DNA of 64,000 nucleotides from a virus. The stretch lies in IMG/VR virus record IMGVR_UViG_3300021091_000012. One strand, written 5' to 3'. Position numbers and translations under genes: made by a program. Numbering within the stretch: the stretch's first letter is position 1; each line of letters starts with the position of its first letter. Shown piece by piece: positions 1 to 9,437 of the stretch. The notes under the pieces are model-generated. The model was not told where the DNA came from, did not search any database, and was given only the letters and a program-made list of their open reading frames with translations.

Positions 1-444
1 CGTATACTTTTTGTGTAAGTCTCCAATGGTAAGTCCCATAAGATTCTCTAAATGTCCTGGTTCAAAGCTAGGCCATCTCCAGCCTGCTGTCCAACCTTCT
101 GCTTCAAATACTTTAACTACTCTCATCCACTTTTCGTGCAAAGACTCAACTGGATAGCAGTCTTCCCATGATAGTAGTTTTTTACCATCAAGCAAGCAGA
201 AGTCTAAAGCTAGTCCATAGTTGTGTGGACTGTATCCTGGTCTACGATGGGTTACAATAGGTCCTGGCAAGGATCTGCCAAAACGATACAACAGTTCTTG
301 CTCTTGCATCGTTCTACTACCCCACGTAATATAGATTGGTATTCTTTGAGAAATACATTTTTGAAAAGCGTTTGTTGCAGATGCAACATGTATAGAATTG
401 AGAGTAGCTATTCTACTCATAGAAACATCTACAAACTCTATCAT
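1..444 (-). CDS. M15-family (L-Ala-D-Glu type) peptidoglycan peptidase/endolysin, 3'-truncated by window edge
   Basis: Not in ORF track. Manual translation from ATG at 444 (ATGA overlap with upstream stop): MIEFVDVSMSRIATL...GSRTMQEQELLYRFGRSLPGPIVTHRRPGYSPHNYGLALDF...WPSFEPGHLE. Matches the R..Q..LY..GR..PG.IVT, SxHxxGxAxD and distal His pattern of M15 peptidases. Confidence 0.85.
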   Translation of the reverse strand, partial: MIEFVDVSMSRIATLNSIHVASATNAFQKCISQRIPIYITWGSRTMQEQELLYRFGRSLPGPIVTHRRPGYSPHNYGLALDFCLLDGKKLLSWEDCYPVESLHEKWMRVVKVFEAEGWTAGWRWPSFEPGHLENLMGLTIGDLHKKYT

Positions 445-1328
445 CCTTTAAGTCTGTCTTTTTTGTTACACTTATCGGTTCCGTTAAATGGACAATACCT
501 GCATGCACTAGTCTCAATAGCAGGATAAGTAGCTTCTATGTTATATTGACCATCCTCTGTAAAGCATGTATCTAAAAAATCTTGAAACATTCTTCCTATT
601 TTGTTTCTAGTCACCTTACCACTAGCAGGAGCAAACAGCTGTATGCGTTTCGGAATAAACTCTGCGTTTTCATTTATCCTACGTCTCACTATTAAATACT
701 CAACATCGATCATCTCTGGATCCCAATTAAACTGCTTTGCATAAAACTCCTTGTAGAGTATCAACTGGGCTGTTTTACTTTGATCTGTTTTTTGATATTT
801 ATTCCATCCACTAGTGGACGTTTTGATATCCCACACCTTGATACGATTAGTACGCTCATCAAGTATAACAATATCAATAAATCCAACAAAGCGAATGTTA
901 TTTTTGAGGTCAATGCTCAATGGAATCTCGACACCCATTAGTTTGTGTTGCTTGCTAGGAAAATAAACCCTCCTATGTCTTTTAAGATATTTTAATATCT
1001 CGATTCCATCGTGCAAAAACTCAGCTAGCTCTTTAGGAGTGCTGAAATGTTGTCCATCCCTTTTATTAACAGCTTTTTTATATTCAGCATACATCTGCTC
1101 TTGTAGATACAAATGTAGATCGATTAAATCTGCTTTCTTAGCGGACTCGGAATATAGTACTTGTAGGTAATGCTGAACTGTGTTATGAAACGCTGTTCCA
1201 AATAAAGTATTAATATTATCTTCGTATGTACGTAAGTTATCAATATAGTCAAGCTTCCATCTTAATGGACACTTGGCATATAGTGAAAACTGAGAATACG
1301 AAACTGTTTTTTGCTTTATCTCACTCAT
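441..1328 (-). CDS. PD-(D/E)XK nuclease, Cas4/AddB-like with Fe-S staple cysteines
   Basis: N-terminal SYSQ...KCP, FGTAFH, G-F-I-D...D-I-K-T nuclease motif, QLxxY, C-terminal CRYC-x7-C. Confidence 0.8.
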   Translation of the reverse strand: MSEIKQKTVSYSQFSLYAKCPLRWKLDYIDNLRTYEDNINTLFGTAFHNTVQHYLQVLYSESAKKADLIDLHLYLQEQMYAEYKKAVNKRDGQHFSTPKELAEFLHDGIEILKYLKRHRRVYFPSKQHKLMGVEIPLSIDLKNNIRFVGFIDIVILDERTNRIKVWDIKTSTSGWNKYQKTDQSKTAQLILYKEFYAKQFNWDPEMIDVEYLIVRRRINENAEFIPKRIQLFAPASGKVTRNKIGRMFQDFLDTCFTEDGQYNIEATYPAIETSACRYCPFNGTDKCNKKDRLKG

Positions 1329-1332
1329 AACC

Positions 1333-1363
1333 TAAAGGTACTCAACTTTAATCAAATATGCAA
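1333..1363 (-). promoter_or_regulatory. Bacteroidota-type sigma promoter TTG-N20-TACCTTTA
   Basis: Same geometry as seven other sites; ATG follows 4 nt after the -7 box, implying a near-leaderless mRNA. Confidence 0.7.
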
Positions 1364-1368
1364 CTTGA

Positions 1369-1587
1369 TTACTGATTTTCTGGTAAAAAATCTGCATTAA
1401 TATGTCCGCATTTTGCACACGCAAATGCTTGGATTGGTGTGAGCATTTCATTGCCGGTAGGCGATACTAATGCAGAAAATTTTTTAATTTGGTAATTTAC
1501 TACGAAGCGATCGTGTCCACACTCTTCGCAAGTATAGTTAGTTGCCATAGAAAAGTCAACTTCTTGTTGTATTGGTTTTTGATTCAT
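1369..1587 (-). CDS. small zinc-ribbon protein (probable start 1587, MNQKPIQQ...)
   Basis: CEEC...CAKC pairs; the longer ORF-track start runs through the groEL terminator. Confidence 0.65.
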   Translation of the reverse strand: MNQKPIQQEVDFSMATNYTCEECGHDRFVVNYQIKKFSALVSPTGNEMLTPIQAFACAKCGHINADFLPENQ

Positions 1588-1599
1588 ATCTAAAGGATT

Positions 1600-1626
1600 A
1601 AAAAAAAAGGGGAGCGAACTCCCCTT
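1600..1626 (-). terminator. intrinsic terminator after groEL
   Basis: AAGGGGAG-TTCG-CTCCCCTT hairpin followed by a T run on the minus strand. Confidence 0.85.
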
Positions 1627-1633
1627 AACGTAA

Positions 1634-3277
1634 CTAGTAGTAGCTTGGAACTGAGGATTCTTTTTCTTCTTTTTCTTCAGGATCAAAACTGATAACGCAC
1701 TCTGTGGTAAGCAGTGTTCCAGCTACTGAGTTTGCTAGCTCTAATGCTGTACGTGTGACTTTGGTTGGATCCACAATTCCAGCCTCAAACATATTACATA
1801 CAGTGTTTTGTCTAGCGTCGTAACCGACAAATGCTGTATCCTCTTTCTTATCCTTAATAGTATGCTCAATCAAGTGAGCAACTGTATTAGGACTTTGTCC
1901 AGCATTTTCTACGATAGCACCAAATGGCGCTGCGCAGGCCTTTTTGATAATCTTTACTCCTAATGCTTGGTCGTCATTTTCTGTCTCAACTTCCAAGTTT
2001 TCACTAGCATGTAGTAGTGCCATCCCACCTCCTGCAACAATACCCTCTTCAACAGCAGCGCGGGTTGCATGTAGAGCATCATCAACTCTATCTTTTTTTT
2101 CTTTTAATTCGATCTCAGTAGCCGCACCAATATTCAGTACTGCAACTCCACCGATAAGTTTGCTTAAGCGCTCTTTTAGGAATTGCTTCTCGTAGTCGCT
2201 ATCAGCTGCTTCGTATTGATCTTTGATATATTGGATGCGCTCTTTGATTGCCTCAGAGTCTCCAGCTCCATCAACTATTACAGTCTCATCCTTATTTACT
2301 GTAACCATTCTTGCTGTTCCTAACTGGTTAGCTGCAAGTTTCTCTAACTTCATTCCTTTTTGAGTTGCTATCACTTCGCCTCCGGTTAGAATAGCCATAT
2401 CCTCTAGCATGTGAATTTTACGATCACCAAATCCTGGTGACTTAATTGCACAGATGTTCAAGATGCCTCGAGCTTTGTTTACAACCATAGTTGCAAGCGC
2501 TTCCCCATCAACATCATCTGCTACAATTAAAAGTGGCTTACCTTGCTTGCTACAACTCTCTAATAAAGCTAGTACTTCCTTAATGCTACTGATTTTTTTA
2601 TCGTAGAATAGGATTAGCGGATTCTCCAAAGTTGTACTCATTGTACTTTGATTTGATACAAAGTATGGTGAAATAAATCCACGATCAACTTGCATACCTT
2701 CAACGATCTCTAAAGTTGTCTCAGAGGTCTTACTTTCATCAACTTGGATTACACCATCCTTACCAACGCTATCCATGGCCTCAGCGATTATGTTTCCTAC
2801 GCTTGTATCATTGTTTGCAGAAATAGTTGCTACTTGACGAATTTCGTCAATAGACTTTACATCACGGCTAATTTCACGCAAAGACTCGATAACATGAGTA
2901 GTAGCTTTGTCCATTCCACGCTTTAACTCTACTGGATTAACTCCTGCATTAATAGCTTTCAATCCCTCGTTATACATGACGGAGGCTAATACTGTTGCCG
3001 TAGTTGTACCATCTCCAGCCATCTTAGCTGCCTTCATAGAAACTTCTTTGATAGCTTGTGCTCCCATATTCTCAATTGGGTCTGTAAGATAAATCTCCTT
3101 TGCAACAGTTACACCATCTTTTGTAGATATTGGTGCGCCATTCTCTTTTTCGATTAATACATTGCGACCCTTAGGGCCTAATGTGGACTTAACTGCAGAA
3201 GATAGTTTGTTTATTCCGTTGCGCACTCTATCTCGTGCTTCCACATCATAACTGATAATTCTTGACTTATTGCTCAT
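1634..3277 (-). CDS. groEL: chaperonin GroEL
   Basis: [42 protein letters not shown]; lacks the GGM tail. Confidence 0.97.
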   Translation of the reverse strand: MSNKSRIISYDVEARDRVRNGINKLSSAVKSTLGPKGRNVLIEKENGAPISTKDGVTVAKEIYLTDPIENMGAQAIKEVSMKAAKMAGDGTTTATVLASVMYNEGLKAINAGVNPVELKRGMDKATTHVIESLREISRDVKSIDEIRQVATISANNDTSVGNIIAEAMDSVGKDGVIQVDESKTSETTLEIVEGMQVDRGFISPYFVSNQSTMSTTLENPLILFYDKKISSIKEVLALLESCSKQGKPLLIVADDVDGEALATMVVNKARGILNICAIKSPGFGDRKIHMLEDMAILTGGEVIATQKGMKLEKLAANQLGTARMVTVNKDETVIVDGAGDSEAIKERIQYIKDQYEAADSDYEKQFLKERLSKLIGGVAVLNIGAATEIELKEKKDRVDDALHATRAAVEEGIVAGGGMALLHASENLEVETENDDQALGVKIIKKACAAPFGAIVENAGQSPNTVAHLIEHTIKDKKEDTAFVGYDARQNTVCNMFEAGIVDPTKVTRTALELANSVAGTLLTTECVISFDPEEKEEKESSVPSYY

Positions 3278-3278
3278 G

Positions 3279-3578
3279 TTACTTGTTAATTTTTGTTATT
3301 ACATCTCGTTCCTGTACCGAGTGATACTCTACACCCTCGTATTCAAATGTTTGTGCGGCAAAGCGTTGATAAAGAATTATATCTCCAGGCTTAACTGTTG
3401 TTTCAATAAACAATCCAGGTGCTGCCCAAAAACCCTTCCCTACATACTGTACTTTTGCTTTAAGTAGTTTTTGTTCACTAATTTCAGGAAGTATAATACC
3501 TCCTTCACTCATTTCGTCTTGCTCTACCGGAAGACAAATCAGCTTATCGCTGATTGGACTAAATAAATTGTTGCTCAT
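3279..3578 (-). CDS. groES: co-chaperonin GroES
   Basis: PISDK, SEGGIILP mobile loop, VGKG, VKPGD; adjacent to groEL. Confidence 0.92.
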   Translation of the reverse strand: MSNNLFSPISDKLICLPVEQDEMSEGGIILPEISEQKLLKAKVQYVGKGFWAAPGLFIETTVKPGDIILYQRFAAQTFEYEGVEYHSVQERDVITKINK

Positions 3579-3636
3579 AATTTTATAACTGTTTTATTTA
3601 ATATAAGAAAAAAAGACCCAAGAACAACCGCTAAAG

Positions 3637-4047
3637 CTATTTAATTTGTAACTTTTTTGGTTTTGCTTCTTCAGCAAACGGCACCGTAATGATTAACAAA
3701 CCGTTTTCCATTGTAGCACTGCAGTTTGCTAAATTATACTTAGATGCAATCTTATAAGCAAGATCAAATGAGCGTCGAGCTACTCCGCGACATTGGTATG
3801 TGCGAGCTTCTTCGTCTCCTTCGTTTGATTTAGGTTTATCGTATGAGATACGAATCACATCCATTTCAATATCAATATCAACTTCATCCTTAGTTAGACC
3901 GGTGCATGCGATCTCAAGGACTAGGCCGTCTGAATGTTCATAGATGTCTACTGGGTGGGGTATTTTGACTTCTCGTAGAATATTGAAGTCGGAATGGCTG
4001 TCGAATACATTTCGGAACAGCACATCAAAGTGTGATAGTTTGTTCAT
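3637..4047 (-). CDS. small heat-shock protein, Hsp20/alpha-crystallin family
   Basis: PVDIYE, RGVARRSF, ATMENGLLIITVP, KPKKLQIK C-terminal IxI-like motif. Confidence 0.92.
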   Translation of the reverse strand: MNKLSHFDVLFRNVFDSHSDFNILREVKIPHPVDIYEHSDGLVLEIACTGLTKDEVDIDIEMDVIRISYDKPKSNEGDEEARTYQCRGVARRSFDLAYKIASKYNLANCSATMENGLLIITVPFAEEAKPKKLQIK

Positions 4048-4137
4048 AATTTACCTCCTTAGATGGTTAATAATTAATAAAAAATATAACTAGGTTGCCC
4101 TAGGGTCTGTATATAAATATATCTGTTTTTGATTAAA

Positions 4138-4818
4138 CTACGCTTGCTTAAGCAACTTTAATAAAGCACCGCGATTAATCCATCTAGATTTTGCGGTTCT
4201 GTTGGCTTCTGTGATTATATTTGACTGTGCTTGAAGAGCTTGTATTGTAGTGTCTGGCAGTCCTTGTTCCTTTATTACGCCACTAGATGGAGCAAACTGA
4301 GTAGACGTATGCTCATCATCAAAGAATGGAATTTGAAACTTGCGTCCTTTTACTTTAGTATAATAGTCGTCAGCATTATTCATATTAATAAAAACGTCTC
4401 TTTGCGCTAAAACCTGCCCATATCGATTGTCTGTGTATATTAAACTGAAAGTCATACCATCATATGTTTTGCCACCTTTAGTATCTGTAAGCTTTTCACC
4501 AAAGATTATAGACTCTTGACTAAATTGTTTTCCTAATTCTAGAGCTTCTTTTTTGGTTATATTTGGAATAAAAAAAGAATTTTCTGGACCACCATAGTGT
4601 CCTTTTACCTTCTTAAAGCCCAAATTCATTACACGTAATCGCTTTTCTAGCTCATTGTTTGCTTGTTTATTTGTAGCTGTGTCTGCGGCTTGTCCGTTTG
4701 GGTTTTCTGCTGTGAGGAAAGCTAGTGTTTGTACAGTAGGAACTAGTCCGCGCATAATATTAACTACACGAGCATATCCTGCTTCATTAAGTATCTGTTT
4801 AAGTTTTAAATTATTCAT
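4138..4818 (-). CDS. DUF3293-like protein with putative head-targeting N-terminus
   Basis: FLTAENPNG...N..L...G.Y..ENSF...QESI pattern; begins MNNLKLKQILNE. Confidence 0.5.
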   Translation of the reverse strand: MNNLKLKQILNEAGYARVVNIMRGLVPTVQTLAFLTAENPNGQAADTATNKQANNELEKRLRVMNLGFKKVKGHYGGPENSFFIPNITKKEALELGKQFSQESIIFGEKLTDTKGGKTYDGMTFSLIYTDNRYGQVLAQRDVFINMNNADDYYTKVKGRKFQIPFFDDEHTSTQFAPSSGVIKEQGLPDTTIQALQAQSNIITEANRTAKSRWINRGALLKLLKQA

Positions 4819-4829
4819 GTTAATTATAA

Positions 4830-7070
4830 TTATTGATGTCCTTCTCCAAAATTATCCGCAATGTTTGGCTCTGCTACTAGTCCAGTTGCTATTTGTACAG
4901 TATTCTCCATACATTCTTTTGTGATAGCACAAGCTCTCTGTGCATGTTCTGCTTTGGCGTTAATCACAAACTCGTCGTGAATCTGCAACATGATACATGC
5001 ATCTAGTCCTTCTTCCTTAAAGCGCTTGTGAATTTGTATTGCTGATCTATTCATAATGGATGCTGCTAGAGATTGTATTTGAAAGTTCTTACAGTTGTTA
5101 AGACCATTCTTGTACTCCATACGAAGCTTCATTAGCTGTTGAGTTTGTTCGGGTGTCTTGGCCATTCGCTTCATTTGAGAAAACGGACCTGGTTCAATAA
5201 GACTGTTCTCAAACTTCTCGTAGATTCTCTTTACTCGATCTAAGTGACGAATACGTCCAGTTTGGTTTTTAACATATCCAAACGTCTGAGCTTTAAGATG
5301 ACTATCGCTCATCCACTTTGCCAATTCAGGGAAACCTTCTAAGTATCCATCGATCATCTTCTGTGCTTCTCTAATCTCGATATTGAGCGATTGACCAATT
5401 TGCCACGCACCTGCTCCATAAGGAATAGCAAGTGCAATACTTTTTGCTCTTTGTCTAAGCTCTGGTCGCAAGTTCTTAACATAGTTGTCATCACTTTTTT
5501 TTGCCGACATGCCTCTAAGCTTAAACGCTTGAATAGCCACTCTACAATATAAATCCTCATTGTTGATAAATACGTTAATCAAATTTGGGTCATTACTTAC
5601 TGATGCGAACACTCGAGGCTCCAAAGACGACTGATCACAGATAATAAACTTTCTACCATCCTCAGCTTTCAAAAAGCTACGAATAATGTTGTTGTATCTA
5701 AGTACTAACTCACTTTGCTCTCCTTCTTCCAACACACGAGGTAGCTGTTGGCAGTCGGAGCTAAAACGACCTGAGGTAGTTCCATGTTGTTTGAAGTACC
5801 AGTAATATCTTCCGTCTTCATTTCCGTCTAGGAAACGATCGACGTATGCAGATTGTATCTTGTTGAGTTTGTTGTAGTCTCTTAGTTTAGCAGCCCAAGC
5901 ATGGTCTTTATGTATATGTTCGATGAAGTCATCGTCAAACTGATCTGTTCCTTTCTTTGTTTGGCTAATAGGCTTTATGCCCATATATTTAAAACACATC
6001 TCAGAAAGCTGTTGCTTACTACTAATATTGATGAATGCACCTTCTTTTTGCTTAAGGAGCTCAAGACTAATAGCAATCTTATCTTGATCATTAAGGTCCT
6101 TATCATCTCCTGTCTGCAAAAACTTCTGTCCAGCAGCTGGATCAATAAGCTGTGGTAGCTTCTCTTCAATTAGCTTTCCGTAATGTCCTCTTTTCTTTGG
6201 AGGATGGTTTGTTAATGCCTTAGCTACAACCCACTGTTGCACTTGACCATTCTTCATTAAGTCCGAAATGATTTCTTGCTCAAGTCTTAGAATATTTGCG
6301 TTGATGTCTTTCTTTGTTTTCTCGATTAGTGGAATATCTAACTCTGTACCGGTCTCTTCCATTTGTATAGTTACCGTCTTGTAGAGTGGCATCACCTCAT
6401 CGTTGAAAAAGAAATCCCACAATCCCTGCTCTTTAAGTACTGGCAGGTAGTATGTCATAACTCGAAGTGTCAAATCGGTATCTGCTGCTGCGTACTCTCC
6501 TAACAAGCTCATATTTGCTTTAAAAATTTCAAAGTTGGTCTTTGTAATACTACCACCATTCCTTTGAATAGACTCTTTTAGTTTTACTTGCTCTTCGTTA
6601 GCTTCTTTCTCAGCATCTAGTCCTAATTCATTTTGAATCTCAATAGCAATGTCTTTCAAACCAAAAGGACCATCCTCTTGTAGAGTATGGCGTAGTAACA
6701 TCGTATCACAATACAGATCATCTCGCAAATCAACACCATAAAAGTTTTTAGTGTACCGGACGTCAAACGAGGCGTTATGCATTACTAGCTTTTTGCCTTT
6801 TAGCATGTTGATAAGTTGGCGTGCAATGTCGTCGCACTTCTTGCCACCAATATAAGAATCTATAAGCGATTGACTATCAACATCCCAATATCTAGTTGGA
6901 AAGTAATAACCTTCTCCAATATCTGCAGAAACAGAAAAACCAATGATCATTCCATTTCTTGGATTAACACTAGTCGTCTCAGTATCGTATGCGATAATGT
7001 TTCCGTTCTTAATATAGTTGGCCAGCTCTACGACACCAGCTTCGTCGGTTATGATTTTATATTTTTTCAT
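4830..7070 (-). CDS. polA: family A DNA polymerase with 3'-5' exonuclease (replicative)
   Basis: ExoI DTETT, ExoII HNASFD, ExoIII YAAAD; TTSGRFSS; motif A CDQSSLEPR, motif B RQRAKSIALAIPYG, motif C QIHDE. Confidence 0.95.
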   Translation of the reverse strand: MKKYKIITDEAGVVELANYIKNGNIIAYDTETTSVNPRNGMIIGFSVSADIGEGYYFPTRYWDVDSQSLIDSYIGGKKCDDIARQLINMLKGKKLVMHNASFDVRYTKNFYGVDLRDDLYCDTMLLRHTLQEDGPFGLKDIAIEIQNELGLDAEKEANEEQVKLKESIQRNGGSITKTNFEIFKANMSLLGEYAAADTDLTLRVMTYYLPVLKEQGLWDFFFNDEVMPLYKTVTIQMEETGTELDIPLIEKTKKDINANILRLEQEIISDLMKNGQVQQWVVAKALTNHPPKKRGHYGKLIEEKLPQLIDPAAGQKFLQTGDDKDLNDQDKIAISLELLKQKEGAFINISSKQQLSEMCFKYMGIKPISQTKKGTDQFDDDFIEHIHKDHAWAAKLRDYNKLNKIQSAYVDRFLDGNEDGRYYWYFKQHGTTSGRFSSDCQQLPRVLEEGEQSELVLRYNNIIRSFLKAEDGRKFIICDQSSLEPRVFASVSNDPNLINVFINNEDLYCRVAIQAFKLRGMSAKKSDDNYVKNLRPELRQRAKSIALAIPYGAGAWQIGQSLNIEIREAQKMIDGYLEGFPELAKWMSDSHLKAQTFGYVKNQTGRIRHLDRVKRIYEKFENSLIEPGPFSQMKRMAKTPEQTQQLMKLRMEYKNGLNNCKNFQIQSLAASIMNRSAIQIHKRFKEEGLDACIMLQIHDEFVINAKAEHAQRACAITKECMENTVQIATGLVAEPNIADNFGEGHQ

Positions 7071-7081
7071 TAACTAATATC

Positions 7082-7112
7082 TAAATATAAGAAGAATCTC
7101 TCACGCTACCAA
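7082..7112 (-). promoter_or_regulatory. TTG-N20-TATATTTA promoter upstream of polA
   Basis: Exact 20-nt spacer as in the other copies. Confidence 0.65.
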
Positions 7113-7133
7113 ATGCTTTTGCTTTATTTGTTA

Positions 7134-7439
7134 CTAAATTAATTCTTGTTCTAGTTGTTGTTTTACTTCTTCGCGTAGTAACTCTATTAATATATCCATT
7201 GCATCGCGACTGAATCTCCATCCGTTCGGACCTTCCGCACTTCGCAAGCAAACATCGTAGCATGTCCTCATAGCTAACAGCTCCTCTTCATTCTCGCAGA
7301 AGGAGGCTTTCTTCATTACGTCAGCCTTCATAGTAGCTCCGTGCATTATTCCACCGGTTTCCTTAACCCACTGCTTATACTCATCTTGATAGTTTTCGTG
7401 CAGCATTAATGCAGCTGCTTGTATTTGATCTTTATTCAT
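7134..7439 (-). CDS. hypothetical early protein
   Basis: ORF in an operon of small genes; A-rich start context. Confidence 0.6.
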   Translation of the reverse strand: MNKDQIQAAALMLHENYQDEYKQWVKETGGIMHGATMKADVMKKASFCENEEELLAMRTCYDVCLRSAEGPNGWRFSRDAMDILIELLREEVKQQLEQELI

Positions 7440-7534
7440 TTTTTATTAATTTTATATGATAAATAAGTAAACATTACAATACCAACCAAAACGACTGGTA
7501 CTACCAAAGCAGTTAAAATTTCTGTGTTATTCAT
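7436..7534 (-). CDS. 32-aa single-pass membrane microprotein
   Basis: Manual translation MNNTEILTALVVPVVLVGIVMFTYLSYKINKK; fills the gap between neighbours; its TGA overlaps the next ATG (ATGA). Confidence 0.6.
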   Translation of the reverse strand: MNNTEILTALVVPVVLVGIVMFTYLSYKINKK

Positions 7535-7551
7535 TGTTTTCAAGTTTCAAA

Positions 7552-7800
7552 CTAATTAGGACTCATCATTAAGAATTGTTTATATTGCTCATGCTCTGTA
7601 AGCATGATCATTTCTTGTTCATAGGTGAACTCTGTAGATAGAGTTGTTGTGTCCGATACTAACTCTACATAATACTCAGCCCACACTCTTCGAGCTTCCT
7701 CATAGAACTCTTGTGTAGTTTCTGACTCTACAAGCTCCATGTCGTAGGTCTTGATGATTTTTCCGTGATCATCTTTCACGTTGATTGTTACTTTATTCAT
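7552..7800 (-). CDS. hypothetical early protein
   Basis: ORF tightly packed in operon. Confidence 0.6.
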   Translation of the reverse strand: MNKVTINVKDDHGKIIKTYDMELVESETTQEFYEEARRVWAEYYVELVSDTTTLSTEFTYEQEMIMLTEHEQYKQFLMMSPN

Positions 7801-7803
7801 ATC

Positions 7804-8130
7804 TTATTGCATTTCAATAAACTGTAGTGGAACATTCCATCCTTGGTCAAATCGACTGGTAGCACCTTGTACTTGAACAACTCCACGAGTCTTGTTAATC
7901 TTGGTTAGTACTAGGTTCTTTCTGAAAGATAGTTGAGGGTGATTAACAAACACTGGAGATCCTTCTCTCAGTTCTTGTTTAGCTTGAGCAAGTTTTGAAG
8001 CTTTCCTAGTTTTTAGGATTCCAACAACGTAACTGTTGATAGCTCTTAATTCCTCTGTCGTCATAGCTCCTAGAGCCATCCTTGTTTCGTAATCGTTAAT
8101 GTCGATTGCTTTGTTGATTGTATTATTCAT
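7804..8130 (-). CDS. hypothetical early protein (C-terminal SH3/KOW-like beta region)
   Basis: Own promoter at 8151-8181; LREGSPVFV...LTKINKTRGVV...WNVP pattern. Confidence 0.6.
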   Translation of the reverse strand: MNNTINKAIDINDYETRMALGAMTTEELRAINSYVVGILKTRKASKLAQAKQELREGSPVFVNHPQLSFRKNLVLTKINKTRGVVQVQGATSRFDQGWNVPLQFIEMQ

Positions 8131-8150
8131 ATCTCTCTTAATTTTATATC

Positions 8151-8181
8151 TAAAGGTACGTACTTAATTCCATTTATGCAA
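8151..8181 (-). promoter_or_regulatory. TTG-N20-TACCTTTA early promoter
   Basis: GTTGCA...ACCTTTAG shared with 1333 and 8503. Confidence 0.75.
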
Positions 8182-8197
8182 CAGTTGTGCAAAACTT

Positions 8198-8479
8198 TTA
8201 GATGAAATATATATATCTGTAACCACAGTCATCATCGTAGTCCGCATATTCTTCAAGATCCAACTCAACCATGTCGTCAAACGATATTGGTAAGGATCTC
8301 CAGTATCTATATCGAATATATCGACGTGTGTGACCATAACCACCTGAAAACTCCAGGTCTTCGCGATCAACTCCCAATTCTACTAAAGCATTCTCAATCG
8401 ACTGTTCAGTCATGTCTTGTGGTAATTCACTTTCATGTCTCATCTTAACGTACTCTCCATTAATAATTTGGTAACTCAT
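8198..8479 (-). CDS. hypothetical acidic early protein
   Basis: Own promoter at 8503-8533. Confidence 0.6.
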   Translation of the reverse strand: MSYQIINGEYVKMRHESELPQDMTEQSIENALVELGVDREDLEFSGGYGHTRRYIRYRYWRSLPISFDDMVELDLEEYADYDDDCGYRYIYFI

Positions 8480-8502
8480 ATCTCTCTTTTTTTATTTATA
8501 CC

Positions 8503-8533
8503 TAAAGGTCGTGACTATATTTCGTATTTGCAA
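8503..8533 (-). promoter_or_regulatory. TTG-N20-GACCTTTA early promoter
   Basis: Conserved spacing and flanks. Confidence 0.7.
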
Positions 8534-8542
8534 CAGTTTAGT

Positions 8543-8573
8543 AAAAAAAAAAGCCAACTTTTTTTAGTTGGCT
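8543..8573 (-). terminator. intrinsic terminator closing the deazaguanine operon
   Basis: AGCCAACT...AGTTGGCT hairpin plus long T run on the minus strand. Confidence 0.8.
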
Positions 8574-8594
8574 CTTATTGTCTGGGAGGCGTGT

Positions 8595-9419
8595 TTATAT
8601 AATTGTTATTGGTCGATGGCATTGTGAGCTGAGAAAGGCAACATTGCTCTTTACAAGATCCATATCAATATTGCTCATGTCGTAAGTCTCCAAAAAGCTA
8701 TGTGGAGTTGGGATACGAGTAGTATGGTCTACACTAAAGTCCTGTCCATGTGCAGCTGCTAGTACTGGGAACACTGAGTCAGTGCTTCGTATCATTGGAT
8801 GATCGTAGTATGCAAATTCAGTTGGATCTCCTTGACCTAGGCAGTGGATTGGCTTCTTGAGCATGTCTCTTTCCTTCAAATAATCATATGCTGCATGACG
8901 AGCTTCTTTAATGTATTGATCATCTTGATAAGTTCTAAGGTTGCTGAAGTGATCATCTGACATCCATGCACTCGGAATTGCAATCTTAGAGAATCCGATT
9001 ACATCAATCCAATCTTGATTAATACCCCACTCATAGGCTTCCAACCAATCCTCCTTAGTTTTACCTTGAGGACAGAAAAAGAGGTCTATGTGAAAAAGAT
9101 CAGACAACCCTTCTGCTCGCAGTCTTTCTCTAAAAGAGATGGCGTTAGCAATTGTAGCGTCCTTATCAAATAAAACATCTGGTGCAATTACTTCATCAGG
9201 TAACAACTCCTTGCAGATATCTATTAAAACGTCCTCAGTAACCAAAGCTCTTTCTGCTGCTGAGTTATCTAATGTGATCCAATAACCCTCTTCTTTGCGA
9301 GCTTTAATGAACTCTCGGTACTCAGGAAACTGCACCCATAAGTGAGCCAATGCAAAGATTCGATCTCCCAGCTTCATTGGCTCTAAGTTGCTAACTGGTG
9401 ATATAACGTAAAAATCCAT
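8595..9419 (-). CDS. dpdA: DpdA-like / TGT-fold DNA guanine transglycosylase
   Basis: TGT-like motifs LDNS, PD, PQG, IHCLG, RSTDS; located in a que-gene cluster. Subfamily not assignable by eye. Confidence 0.65.
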   Translation of the reverse strand: MDFYVISPVSNLEPMKLGDRIFALAHLWVQFPEYREFIKARKEEGYWITLDNSAAERALVTEDVLIDICKELLPDEVIAPDVLFDKDATIANAISFRERLRAEGLSDLFHIDLFFCPQGKTKEDWLEAYEWGINQDWIDVIGFSKIAIPSAWMSDDHFSNLRTYQDDQYIKEARHAAYDYLKERDMLKKPIHCLGQGDPTEFAYYDHPMIRSTDSVFPVLAAAHGQDFSVDHTTRIPTPHSFLETYDMSNIDMDLVKSNVAFLSSQCHRPITII

Positions 9420-9437
9420 TACTTATTGTGTATTTTT

